Below, piece after piece: positions 13,358 to 24,325 of a DNA stretch of 41,597 nucleotides (position 1 is its first letter; each line of letters opens with the position of its first letter). The translations under genes were made by a program, and so were the position numbers. The stretch lies in contig NMRA01001121.1 of the NCBI GenBank assembly GCA_002633005.1, forward strand, positions 1-41,597, in the 5' to 3' direction. The DNA is from Phoronis australis (lineage: Eukaryota > Animalia > Phoronida). A model generated the notes under the pieces. The model was given only the letters and a program-made list of their open reading frames with translations, did no database searches and was not told the origin of the DNA.

Positions 13358-13478
13358 CTGTAAAATACAGAATTTGTGACCACTGATCGAAATTTACTCC
13401 AGTTCCCTGCTATAACGTGCATGCGACAATCACAATGAACAGTAAAAATAACTCCACAACGTTAGAAAACTCAATTAC

Positions 13479-13496
13479 CTCCATTGTGGTCGACAT
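13479..13496 (-). CDS. hAT transposase putative first coding exon (MSTTME)
   Basis: ATG TCG ACC ACA ATG GAG then gtaatt donor, phase 0, matching exon 2; about 350 bp inside the TIR. Confidence 0.6.
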
Positions 13497-14089
13497 CTCG
13501 AATAATGCACTGAACACCAAAGTTCAAGCTTAGAACTGCACGCGCTACTGCTAGATATAATGTAACACTTACCGGACGCACGTGAGGTCTTCACTTTGCC
13601 GACGGCGCTAAACATCAACTTGAAGTCTTGTTCTGCAGTCTTGGGAAACGATTCTTTGGCGAAATAAAAGCTACCTGATCCACAGGTTTTTTATGGTGTT
13701 TTTCTGATACCTAAGTCAGATTCTTCAATTTCGTTATAAGTCTGAGAAAACTGTACTTCAAATCAAAATACAATGTTGCAGAAGCTTCTACGCTGAAAAT
13801 TTTTGGGGGGGCACGGGCCCCCCCGGCCCCCCCGCTTCCTACGGCCCTGTTAATTGGGCCTCGGACTGAAAAACCAACTTCAGTACAAAGGCCTACAAAT
13901 AACGGAATCTCCACATACTCTTGCCTTCTAAGCAGTGCAAGAGAAAAGTGGAGATGAATTGTGAATACTTATATCTACCAGAATTTGTCGAGTTCTGACC
14001 TATTATAATCAGGAACTAAAAGGAAAACAACAGCAGGACCCTTAGTCATTCATTTTTTGTAGTAACAATATGATGGGGGTTTCACTTAC

Positions 14090-14397
14090 TGGACATGGCG
14101 AAGGATGGTGTACTACTGGGCACTGAATGTCCACAACCTTGGCCTGACCTCCAGGATGACCAGCAATATGTACCTTCTCGTGTCCGTCTAACTTTGTAAA
14201 CTTATCCAAAGCTTCAGGCAACTGGTTTTCTGATTCAACAAGGAGGGCTAAAACGGCGTAATCTAGATTTTTGTCATAGATGACAATTGGGTCGGGGGCA
14301 AAACAGACTGATCTCATGCTTGCTTGGTCACCGTACTGGAACGGTCTGTCAAAGTGGAATAGGCATGACCTCTCCCTTTGTCGTCTTCTTTCTTCCC
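14090..14397 (-). CDS. ROCO-protease exon: catalytic Asp region
   Basis: tttgcag acceptor phase 1, gtaagt donor phase 0; contains F.FD..., KNLDYAVLAL and VHIAGHPGGQAKVVDIQC, typical of FAM111/Trypsin_2 domains. Confidence 0.82.
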
Positions 14398-14879
14398 CTG
14401 CAAACAATTTTCAAGCAATCAAGTGAACTAGTCGCTACACTTCAAATCTTTTCACCCATGAATTAAAAACAGGGTAGCAGAGGAAATCACTAAAACTTTG
14501 ATATTCTTGGAGAAGCTTACGCGAGGGGTCAGTTCTACGAGTACAATGAGGGTGTTGAGGAACTATTTCATTGTATGACCACGCAAGCGCAGAGTATCAG
14601 CAGTGAGCCTTCAAAAGATGCTACACATGGCATCACTGAGAATTATATCATTTTTAAGTTGCGTTATTGTTTCGCTGTTATTCGGGGTTGTGTAGCAAGC
14701 TTTTCTTTTCAAGAAAAGGATATGAAGGTTTGTTTCGTTTATAAGCTGTTATGCGTTGCAGGGTGGGTAGAGTTCAGCCACCTTTCACACGCCGTGTCTC
14801 TCCTTTCGCATCCGAAGCCCTGTAACTAACAACATTTTTGCTTTGTATGAGATATTTCTCCGCCACTTATATTGTTTAC

Positions 14880-15099
14880 CTTGGTTGGGGGCGGCGCCTT
14901 CAAGCACCACGTGGTAGTTTGTCAACAGATAACGAGAGCCAACTCGAAAGCCTGAACCAGTTTGACTATTTAACCAAGTCACCTTGGCTACAGACGTGAA
15001 TGCTTGCATCAAAGATTTCATGAAGTGCTGGAATACTGTTTCCTTGCCTCTTTGACACAGTGCTTCAGAATCTCGTCGAGGCGTGGTTGCGCCTATCTT
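14880..15099 (-). CDS. ROCO-protease exon: catalytic His region
   Basis: cttacag acceptor phase 0, gtaaac donor phase 1; SVAKVTWLNSQTGSGFRVGSRYLLTNYHVV. Confidence 0.85.
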
Positions 15100-15623
15100 C
15101 TGTAAGCAACATATAATCTGTAATGGAATCTACAACTGATGTGACATGTGAGTATTCAATCCAGCGTGCATGAATAGAGTCTTACCCTGACACCACCACC
15201 AGTCAAACTTTGGTAGCTTGGCCGTTTCGCTAACCTTCAAACCCATTGCTATCTTCAAAGAAACCATCCAGCGTCAGTTGATGTTTATTATCCTTCTCGG
15301 GAGATTATCTTAGTTAAGGCGGGAAATTGGCCATCATAAACATAGTTGTAATGACTTCGAACCACAATAGTATCGTTAGTAAAGTTTTAGAGATCCCGAA
15401 TGTAAACTATAATCCCGATATGATAATGATAATGATTGCTCCTCACAACGCTTGTTTGTACCTCATGGGACATCGCTTAAATAAATTAAATATACATTAG
15501 CTTAACTGCGAAGGTATAATGCATTTAATGCAGTAGAAGTGCACTGAAAGATTTTTATGTTACAGTGATACACTTTGAAAATATATTTAGTTGAAAAACG
15601 AAAATAATCTGTTTCCAATTCAC

Positions 15624-15706
15624 CTCTGAATGGATTCTGTCAACCGTATCCACATCAAATCGACGTCTCTTTGGTGGAGGGGATTCGGACTGGGCACCAA
15701 TCACAC
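15624..15706 (-). CDS. ROCO-protease linker exon with NLS-like PPPKRRR
   Basis: cttctcag acceptor phase 1 (fits COR exon donor), gtgaat donor phase 0; (G)VIGAQSESPPPKRRRFDVDTVDRIHSE. Confidence 0.65.
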
Positions 15707-16549
15707 CTGAGAAGTAGGACGTACAACCACACGGTTAGTTGGTTTAACCGTACCGAGAGTGCTGTCGCATAGTACAGGTACTATTGTGGTACGCACCAAG
15801 ACATACAGTATCGGTGCACCAGTAAACAAACCGAATGAAAATACTTTCAGTAACAACGAGGTCAGTGCTCGAGTCGTAACCTGTGTACTCAAACTTGTGC
15901 TAAGTCAAGATAAGTGTCAGTTCATACTCTGCATCAGTACGATATGCTGGTGAATGTCTAGTTCAAGCTTGCACTTGATGACCCTAAGTTAGAGCTACAA
16001 TTTTGAGTTCAAACTCGGTAATTCGATAAAAATTGAAATTTTGAGTTCAGACTTGAAGTTATTAATGTTGGCACAGGCGTATAATAGAAAAATATTCTGA
16101 AATTTGATTTCGATACAAAGAATATTCTCCGGCCAGGTATTCCAAGATAACCTACGTGTTTGATAAAGACTAGAAACATTGTGATGCACAATCCATCAGT
16201 CTCAAAAGGTGTACAATTGACTGCTCCACACCGTATTTTTAGTTGTACAGTGAAGTGCAGAATGTATAATAAATATGTTTCACAGTCAGTAAACTGTCAA
16301 AAACACCATCCAGTGCACTGAAGTTAACTGGAACGGAAAAAAACACCCATGACTGCGCTGTGAAATATTAGATTTTATGTATGAAAAAGCGACTTGGTTG
16401 TTTTACTTTGCATAAATACTGGCATGCGATCAAACAAATTTATCTCTGAAAGTATTGCACATTCTATTAACACTTTTTTCTGTTATTTCCATCTAGACTG
16501 TGAGTCGTGTCGCGTATGGATGGTTGATTGGCGAAAAGAAACAACATAC

Positions 16550-19500
16550 CTGTTGGAATGACCACATCCACTGGCACCCTCTTGTCTTTACTGTTCTTAC
16601 ACGGCAGATACTTCCCAAGGTTTCTCCAGGACTCTAGCAACTTGTTAGCCGTAAAACATGAGGGTTCCTTTTGGTTGCTGGTCAGACAATGAGGGCATAT
16701 GTACCTTATATCGCATGGAGCGCCAGGCCATAGTTTCAAGAGGTTAACAATGTCATAGTAGGCGTGTTCAAAATGTGGCCACACGGCCTTGATCTCATTA
16801 CCCCTTACAGACAATGTAACAAAAATTTCCTCTCCCTCCTGTTTTCTGGTTAGCAATGCTTTGTCATCATCTTTGTGTAAGTAGACACCGTTTTTCCAAA
16901 CAATGACATCCTGTGCCGATTCCTCAAATTGGGCAAACTGTTGGTGTAATATGACGACAGCACGTTCGAAGAAACCAGTGGGGCACTGTACTGGAAAGAT
17001 GAATTTCACTTCATAAAGGTACTCATTTGACGAGGGGCGCAACCACTTTTCACCCTTAAGATCAGACGGTTCCTCATTCTTAAGGAACCAAGGAAACATC
17101 AGGTAACTACCATCATCGTTTTCCGACAGAGTAAAACAAAGGGAAAATTTCTCCAAAAGAAAAATCATTATTCTGAACATGAGCTCGTCTGTAACAAAAC
17201 CTTTTACTAAGTGCCGTAGAAGTGCAGACGAAATCCTACCATTTTGCAAGAAATTTTGTTTCTCAGTTTTAAAAACTTTCTCAGTGAAACTTGCTTTGAA
17301 CACAGGATTGGTGTGGTCAAGTAGCGTGTCCATGTCATGATGAAAAATCGACTTCAGAAAGTCTACAATCACTTCTGGCCTGTGGAAGACGCATTTGTTT
17401 AGTCGACTGTCGCCTTTGAACCAAAGAAAACCTCCGCAGCAATGCTGATACGAAAGAATGGCTTCAGCTGTTTCAGTTGCTTGATCTGCTCGAACGCCTT
17501 TGCTGGATAACCTTTGCTGCACAATTTCGCAAAATTCAGTATACTGGAGGCAATGTTTGGCCTTAATATCATCTGCATTCATTCGGTCTTCTATCAACAG
17601 CCATGATTCTGGAAGAGTCAGGGCCTTTCGCTCGCAACATGTTATCAATGCATGACGAAGTTCAGAAATCCCTCTCATGGTGTCACCAGAGCTTACTACA
17701 AACACGTGTTCAGGCTGAACAAAGTTTTGCTGCAAACACTGCAATAACTCCTTTTTTGCGGCATGGACTTCTTTAAGATGATTTGAGTATGTCTCAAAAT
17801 TATCTCGAGAGCTAGACCGTATTTCCATGTCAATCTTGAACAGGTGAGTTGTCACGTGTTCTGCCAATAGTGTCTGCTGACTCCTGATCTGATCTAGAAT
17901 GTTCCTTGTCGATGTTTGTATATGCTCTTCCGTACAAAAGTCGCTGTGAGTACAAACTACCATCACTGTAGACTTTGGTGAAGTCCAAAGAATTGAATTC
18001 ACCCAACGACCGATCAAATCATGGTATTTATATCTTTTATACTGATTCAAGTCAACAGCCACCAGAGCAATAACCTCAGAGCACAAAAACAAGGTGTGTG
18101 CCAACTCATATACTTGATGACCACCAAAGTCTGTGATAAGTAACGTCAAACCATCTTCTACAGCCCAGGTGTATTTCTGTAACACATGTGTGCGATCGCT
18201 GCTATCAGTTAAATAAGACCTTCCGTCCTTCAACGTCAATGCCAGGCTAGTTTTACCAGCGCCAGTTTCACCCACCAGCACCACCTGTTGCTTGCGAAGG
18301 GAACATTCAGTTGCTCGGAGATCTTTGAAATATCGGAATATTTGCTCTGGCCCACTGTTGCAAACTTCGAGTGGTGGTCTTGTTAATGGGTTATCTCTGC
18401 AGGTCATGTCTGTCAGAGAACCACACCGATCAAAGTGTAACGGAAGTTGATTTATCTGATTAGCACTGATGTCGAGAGATTCTAATTTGTAAAGCTGTGT
18501 TATCTCTTCAGGCAATTGCGATATCTTATTATTTGCACACTTTAATTTTGTTAGATTAAAGCATTTGCAAAGGTCTGTTAGGTCAGTTATCTTATTGCAG
18601 GACAAATCAAACTCTTTCAGTTCACCGAAGTTGACTAACTCCGCAGGAAGGCCCTCTAACTGGTTGAAACTCGTCTTTAGTATCTGCAGTTTCACACATC
18701 CAACAACAGGTGTGATGTCAGTTATCTTATTGTAGGACAAATCAAGCTCCTTCAGTTCACCTAACTTGACTAACTCCGCAGGAAGGCGATCTATCTTGTT
18801 TCGTAGAATGAACAACAGGTGTAATGTCAGATATGTTATTGCAGGATAAATGAAGCTCCCTCAGTTCACCTAACTTGACCAACTCCGCAGGAAGGGCCAT
18901 TATCTGGTTGCCCTCCAATACTAGTATCTGCAGTTTCACACATTCAACAACAGGTGTGATGTCAATCAAACTATTGTAGCCCAAACGAAGCTCCTTCAGT
19001 TCGCCTAACTTGGCTAACTCCTCAGGAATGGCCTCTAAATAGTTGTACAACGCGTTTAGTACCTGTAGTTTCGCACATTCAACAACAGGTGTGATGTCAG
19101 TCAACCCATTGTAGGACAAATTAAGCTCCTTCAGTTCGCCTAACTTGACTAACCCCGCAGGAAGAGCCTTTAACCCGTTGCTATGCGTGAGTAGCACCCT
19201 CAGTTTCGCACATTCAACAACAGGTGTAATGTCAGTTATCTCATTGTAGGACAAATCAAGCTCCTTCAGTTCACCTAACTTGACAAACTCCGCAGGGAGG
19301 CCCACTAACTGGTTGTTATCCACTTCTAATACCTGCAGTCTCGCACATTCAACAACAGGTGTAATGTCAGTTATCTCATTGCAGGACAAACCAAACACCT
19401 TCAGTTCACCTAACTCGACAAACCCCGCAGGAAGGCCCTCTAACTTGTTGTCACACACATTTAATATCTGAAGTTTCGTACATCCAATAACAGGTGTAAT

Positions 19501-20581
19501 GTCAGTTAAATAGTTGGAGGACAAATCAAGTTCCTTTAGTTCGCCTAACTTGACTAACTCCTCAGGAATGGCCTCTAACCGATTGCAATTCGTCTTTAGT
19601 ACCTGTAGTTTCGAGCATCCAACAACAGATGTAAGGTCAGTTACCGTATTAAAGGACAAATCAAGCTCTTTCATTTCACCTAACTTGGCTAACTCCCCAG
19701 GAAGGGTCTCTAACCGGTTGCCAATCGTCTGTAGTACCTCAAGTTTCGCACATTCAACAACAGGTGTGATGTCAGTTATCTCATTGCAGGACAAATCAAG
19801 CTCCTTCAGTTCACCTAACTTGACTAACCCCGCAGGAAGGCCCACTAACTGGTTGCCACACACCTTTAATATCTGCAGTTTCACACATCCAACAACAGGT
19901 GTAATGTCAGTTACCTCGTTGTAGGACAAATCAATCTCCTTCAGTTCACCTAACTCTAACTGCAAGGGAAGTCTCTTTATTTGGTTGTGACTCATCCTCA
20001 ATACTTGCAACTTTGTACATCCCAAAACAGGCCCAATGTCAGATATCTCATTGTCAGAAAAATCAACCTTTGTCATCTCTCTTATATATCTCATGTCAGT
20101 TGGAATATCACTTAACCTATTCCCAGCTATCCATAACATCTGTAGATTTGCACATGCCGTAACCGGTGACATATCACTTATGATATTGTAACTTAAATTT
20201 ACCTTTTCCAGTTGCGTTAATAACTTAATGTCACTGGGGATGTCTTGAATTCTGTTGAGACTAAAATTAACAAACTTCAGACTCAAAAGTGAGAATGTCA
20301 CATTCGGAATTGATGTTAGATTGTTTGACGACAAATCAAGATGAACAATGTTTTGGCAAGACGCTAGTCGTAGTGGAATTTGATCATCACTTAAACCCAA
20401 ATTACTCAGGGTTACTGACTGGAGCTTCTCAAATTTTTCTGTCGTCGAAGAGTCCGACTGATGTTCCTTAACTCCTGAGAAGTATTCCAACGTCTCATTT
20501 CTCTCCAAGGCTTCTTCCTCTTGCAAGGCTGCTGCCCATTTGGTTTTGATGACGTCTGGATACTTCAGATGAGAAAATTCC
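16550..20581 (-). CDS. Giant exon encoding LRR array, Roc GTPase and COR domain (internal frameshift)
   Basis: cctttag acceptor phase 2, gtatgt donor phase 1. LRR cap NPLTRPPLEVC; Roc motifs GETGAGKTS (G1), RT (G2), DFGGH (G3), THSD (G4), VSS (G5); COR motifs LPESW, FPWFL, PTGFFER, WKNGV, CPHC. Confidence 0.92.
18600..19960 (-). repeat. 135-bp coding tandem repeat (45 aa = 22-aa + 23-aa LRR pair), about 10 units
   Basis: Anchor TCAGTTCACC or near variants at 19941, 19806, 19671, 19536, 19401, 19266, 19131, 18996, 18861, 18752, 18617: nine 135-bp spacings and one of 109. Confidence 0.95.
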
Positions 20582-21164
20582 CTAAAGGAAACAAAGCAGA
20601 GAAGTTATGGGTCCTACTGTAGGAGAAATGCATTGTTAGCCTTTAAATTATTTGACCCAATGATAGAACTATTTTATTCTTTGGAGCAGAAATATGAGGT
20701 ATTAGCCATAGAAAAGAAATTGAAAATGTTCTGTTAGTACTGTCTACAGGCATTAAGACGACCAACGCTATGGAAAGGGAGAGTGTGACCGTCATGATTT
20801 ATGTGTGTCGCATATGCGTAGGCCTACATATATAAAGTATTTGTTGGAAATATGAAAAACGCAAGATGGTAGAATTCCAACATAATGTGTTTCATGTTAC
20901 ATGAAAAGCTGTTGCACGGTCAATGAAAATAATTGGTGTACTGGCATTAAAATTTGTTGTATACAACTGGTTTTGGTCATTTATGGTTGGACCAGGGAGT
21001 CCGTGATCAACAATGATTTTGTCGGAATTCAAACAAAGTTTGGGAGATGTTAACTTTCAAAGTTGGTTGTCGGTAATAGTGACAAAAATACAAATAAGGG
21101 CGAATTACGACTGTGTTGTCTTGTGAAAAGTATTTGTGCGGGAGATGACCCAGCAGGAGATAAA

Positions 21165-21390
21165 AATCTTCCATAGCGACGATTAGACTTCAAGTCGCAC
21201 ATCAGAAATTGAAGTGAAGGAATTTCAACATTTGTAATAGGAGGAATTGAAGAGCATTTCATGTTACATTGTTCCGTTCTAGTAGATTTAAGTAACAGAT
21301 TCATTCTACGCTGCCACGATTAAAGTTAACTTTTGAACTCAACAACAGCAATTAACTCTTTAAAAAAATATTCAATGTATATAAAAAGGG
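21165..21390 (+). mobile_element. Possible decayed non-LTR retrotransposon 3-prime remnant
   Basis: Broken frames read IATIRLQVAH and IEEHFMLHC, resembling the LINE ORF2 C-terminal RxSxHxL and E..HF...C motifs. Confidence 0.3.
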
Positions 21391-24257
21391 TAGTGCTAAG
21401 TCAGAAATAATTGCGAAGAGAATGAACTATCTCAGTTCCCTGACCCACAATGGAAGATTTCCCTCGCCAAAGCTTGGATATACTGCAAGCACTCTAGATG
21501 CAAGCATTTCTGTGGGTTGCATAGACCCTTTGTTAAGCACGGAAGCGAAGCGAAGTCTGAAAGGGGGGAGGGGGTTAACTTATCTCTCTGTAATGGTCAT
21601 ATGCATTCCACCATGACAAAAATCGCCGAGGCCAACAAGTGTTATGTGACATATGGTTTCCATAGGCTCTACTACTACACAACGCTAAACTCACATCAAC
21701 ACAAGCTAATTACTAATTAATGGCCTATCTTTTACTGTACGCTTGTGCAATACACGCTGAGGTCGTGGTTTTGATGTTCTTGGTTTCGTCGTCGACCTCA
21801 CCTTTAACTTTTATTCGGTTTCGCCAAGTGTCGTTCATCAGAGCGCTTATACTGTGTAGACGGCAACGCTCGTAGATAGGATAAATCTTATCAATATTGC
21901 AGTTTTCACGAAAGTCGCCCACCAAAAACCCTGTATAGATCTAACCACCATAGTACCCATGGGTAGGGGGCTCGAAGGAGCCCCCCCCCCTCCCCGTTTG
22001 AAAAAGTGGTCAAAAAGGTCCGCCTCAGAGAAACAAAAAGTCCGAGAACACGAGATAAAAGTCCACTAAAAAGGTGCTCCACAGACGGCACATTAGCCGC
22101 ACACGAGCGCCCTCTATGTACAGCTGGACACCCTGCAGCTTTGTGAGACTGGATTTTTTCGCGAAGATCTTCTTTGCTCTATGACAAAGGAAAAATCTTC
22201 TAAAGCTTAGCAAATTGACGATTTTGGTAACCCTTAAGATGTCGTCATCGTTTAATTCATGGTTTCAAAAGAACGTTCGATTTCTTTTCAAATACGAATT
22301 GTACACGTACTCTGTTATTTATTGTAAGACCACTTCCGGAAAGCATAAGCGTCATTGAAAACAGTAATTCTGCCTCCAAAAGTTAATCTACGGGCATGTT
22401 GGGCTCGGGGTTGAGATTGATCTATGAGCGATCCGATTATTTTTACAGGTAATTTACTACAGAAATTAAGCATATAAAAATTTTAATATTTAGAAGCTTA
22501 AAAACAGTAACTGCGGTTAAAACCGCTTCACAGTTACTGTTTTTACTATGAAAGTTTCTGTCGAAAATCGAATGTCTGTTGCAGTTGTTACATCTAACAT
22601 TCATAATTTCAACTAAGTTGATAACATCAGCATATATAAATATTATCACTTTTTTGTGAAACGTGTAGAACCTTTCGCTGATCTACCGTGGAACACGTCA
22701 ATATGCTTCTCAAATCGAATAGCACGTACAGCGCAGGTGAAATTGGATTTTCCAAAGATTGATAATTTATTGCTGTTTGGAGGCAAACATCTTTGCCTAA
22801 TTTTTCTGACATTACGGGAGTTTTTCTTAATCTGAAGGCCGCATTTTTTAGTATTTCACTGAAATCTGAAAATATCTGTTTCCCAATGCAGGACTCATGG
22901 TAGTCAGGTTGTAACAAATTATTGTTCATTGAAATTGCAATGTACATGTAGCTCACAAACCTGACGACATTGCCGTCGTCCATAAAAGGACTGCTATGAA
23001 TCAAAAACCAGGTGGGTGATGTGCAGGGTGCAGTGCTCACCAAGATTAATAAAAGTAGTTTATCATTCATCTATTTCAATACGTGATTCTTCAACACGAC
23101 TGTAATTTTGCGAGACTCGCATTTGATAAGATTACAGGGCACCAACCGATATGTTTTTCATCATTCTTCGATGTAATCTTTCCGGGTCCTGATAAAAGCC
23201 TGTTTTCTTAATATTCTTAAATTAATAAATATTACAATAACATTCGCGCCTTTCCGACAAGCAATGCCGCACCTCCTTAACCTGTGCGCTGACAAGGGTG
23301 CGTCTGAACGTCACTATGCCCTTTGGGGGGCATACGACGTACATTCGCCTGAATTTCATAAACCTACGTAAAAATGCACCGAAACATCGGATTCGACTTC
23401 CTAACGCAAGAGATAAAATAGTAGATGTTAAAACAAATATGACAAATGCCATACTAGAACAACTTATTTTCAAGACACCATCGGAATTTTCTGACGTTTA
23501 AAAAGTACACCAACAAAATATAACACGCAACGTCCAAGGCAAGCTCCATGCATTTGCTGCAATATTCGTCTGTTTTGGCCTTACGTTCTCATACACATAC
23601 AGTACAACCACGTTCCTCATTCGATCCGTGCAGTATTCGTCTGCTTAGTTTTCGTAAGACGTAATCACAGGCATACAGTACATGTGTATAAAAAATTGAA
23701 TTTCCCGTGCAAACGAATCTTTGGAATAAAATTAAATGCTTAGGCTATCCGGTCAAATATCAAGGTACTCTGGACATTCACTGGTGTTTTGGCAGCCGCC
23801 CTCTCGCACTTTCTGTTCATTTCAAAATAGAACTACATCATGAATCTTTGCCATTGTACAAGCTTCAAAATAATCACTACATGATTTATTCACTTACTGA
23901 TAGGCATTTCAGTAGTGGTTGAACTGAAATCAAACTTGATCTCAAGATGGCGTGTTCTTACAGTTTCTGCAGAAATGAGCCACACATTAAACTTTCAAAA
24001 GTGTACATAGCAGGACTTTTTCTATTCATGACGACTTTTTGTAATAATGAACTCAACAAACACAACTGCTAACTTAATCTTGAAATTTATTTAGATGCAC
24101 TTTGTCTATATTTCAAATCGAGTATGTCACTCGTTGTGAGAAAACTCCCCTACGGATTCATCAGGTCCCAACATTCCGCGCTATCTTTTCCTAACTTGTA
24201 ATCTTGCATGCAACCATCGAATCTGATTTAGGTTTTTTCAAACACGTTTTCACCTAC

Positions 24258-24325
24258 CGTGTACTTTTAACATGCAATAGGCGACGGCGCTCCCTGGTTC
24301 TAGCCAAACTGCTAGAGTCCATCAT
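24258..24325 (-). CDS. ROCO-protease putative first coding exon
   Basis: Exon 24374-24258 (ttttacag acceptor, gtaggt donor); MMDSSSLARTRERRRLLHVKST ends in phase 2, matching the 20581 acceptor; in-frame stops lie upstream of the ATG. Confidence 0.6.

Larger units (their letters stand above)
7463..13849 (-). mobile_element. Autonomous-type hAT DNA transposon (ZMYM1-like/Tip100-type transposase), 6387 bp
   Basis: 15-bp TIRs CAGGCCCGTAGGAAG / CTTCCTACGGCCCTG (1 mismatch), G-rich subterminal GGGGGGGCAC blocks at both ends, internal transposase. No 8-bp TSD seen (TTTCCATT vs TTAATTGG). Confidence 0.9.
6720..24325 (-). pseudogene. LRR-Roc-COR (ROCO, MFHAS1-like) protein with C-terminal trypsin-fold serine protease; frameshifted in this copy
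   Basis: Exons 24325-24258, 20581-16550, 15706-15624, 15099-14880, 14397-14090, 6977-6720 join with GT-AG sites in phases 2,1,0,1,0. A 26-nt deletion at 18810/18811 causes a stop at 18757-18759. It could be a null allele, a young pseudogene or an assembly artefact. Confidence 0.75.

Noticed and set aside
18600-19960. DGR-like or somatic diversification system
   Set aside because: No template repeat, reverse transcriptase or donor cassettes in the window; changes are not evidently adenine-specific.
18757-20526. Two separate genes (589-aa LRR ORF and 782-aa LRR-Roc-COR ORF), or programmed frameshifting
   Set aside because: Repeat register shows exactly 26 nt missing; neither ORF starts at ATG; no slippery site or intron at the junction.
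21725-21930. Minus-strand exon-like segment (GDFRENCNIDK...) as a ROCO exon
   Set aside because: Open only as phase 1-1, incompatible with the phase-2 intron it lies in.
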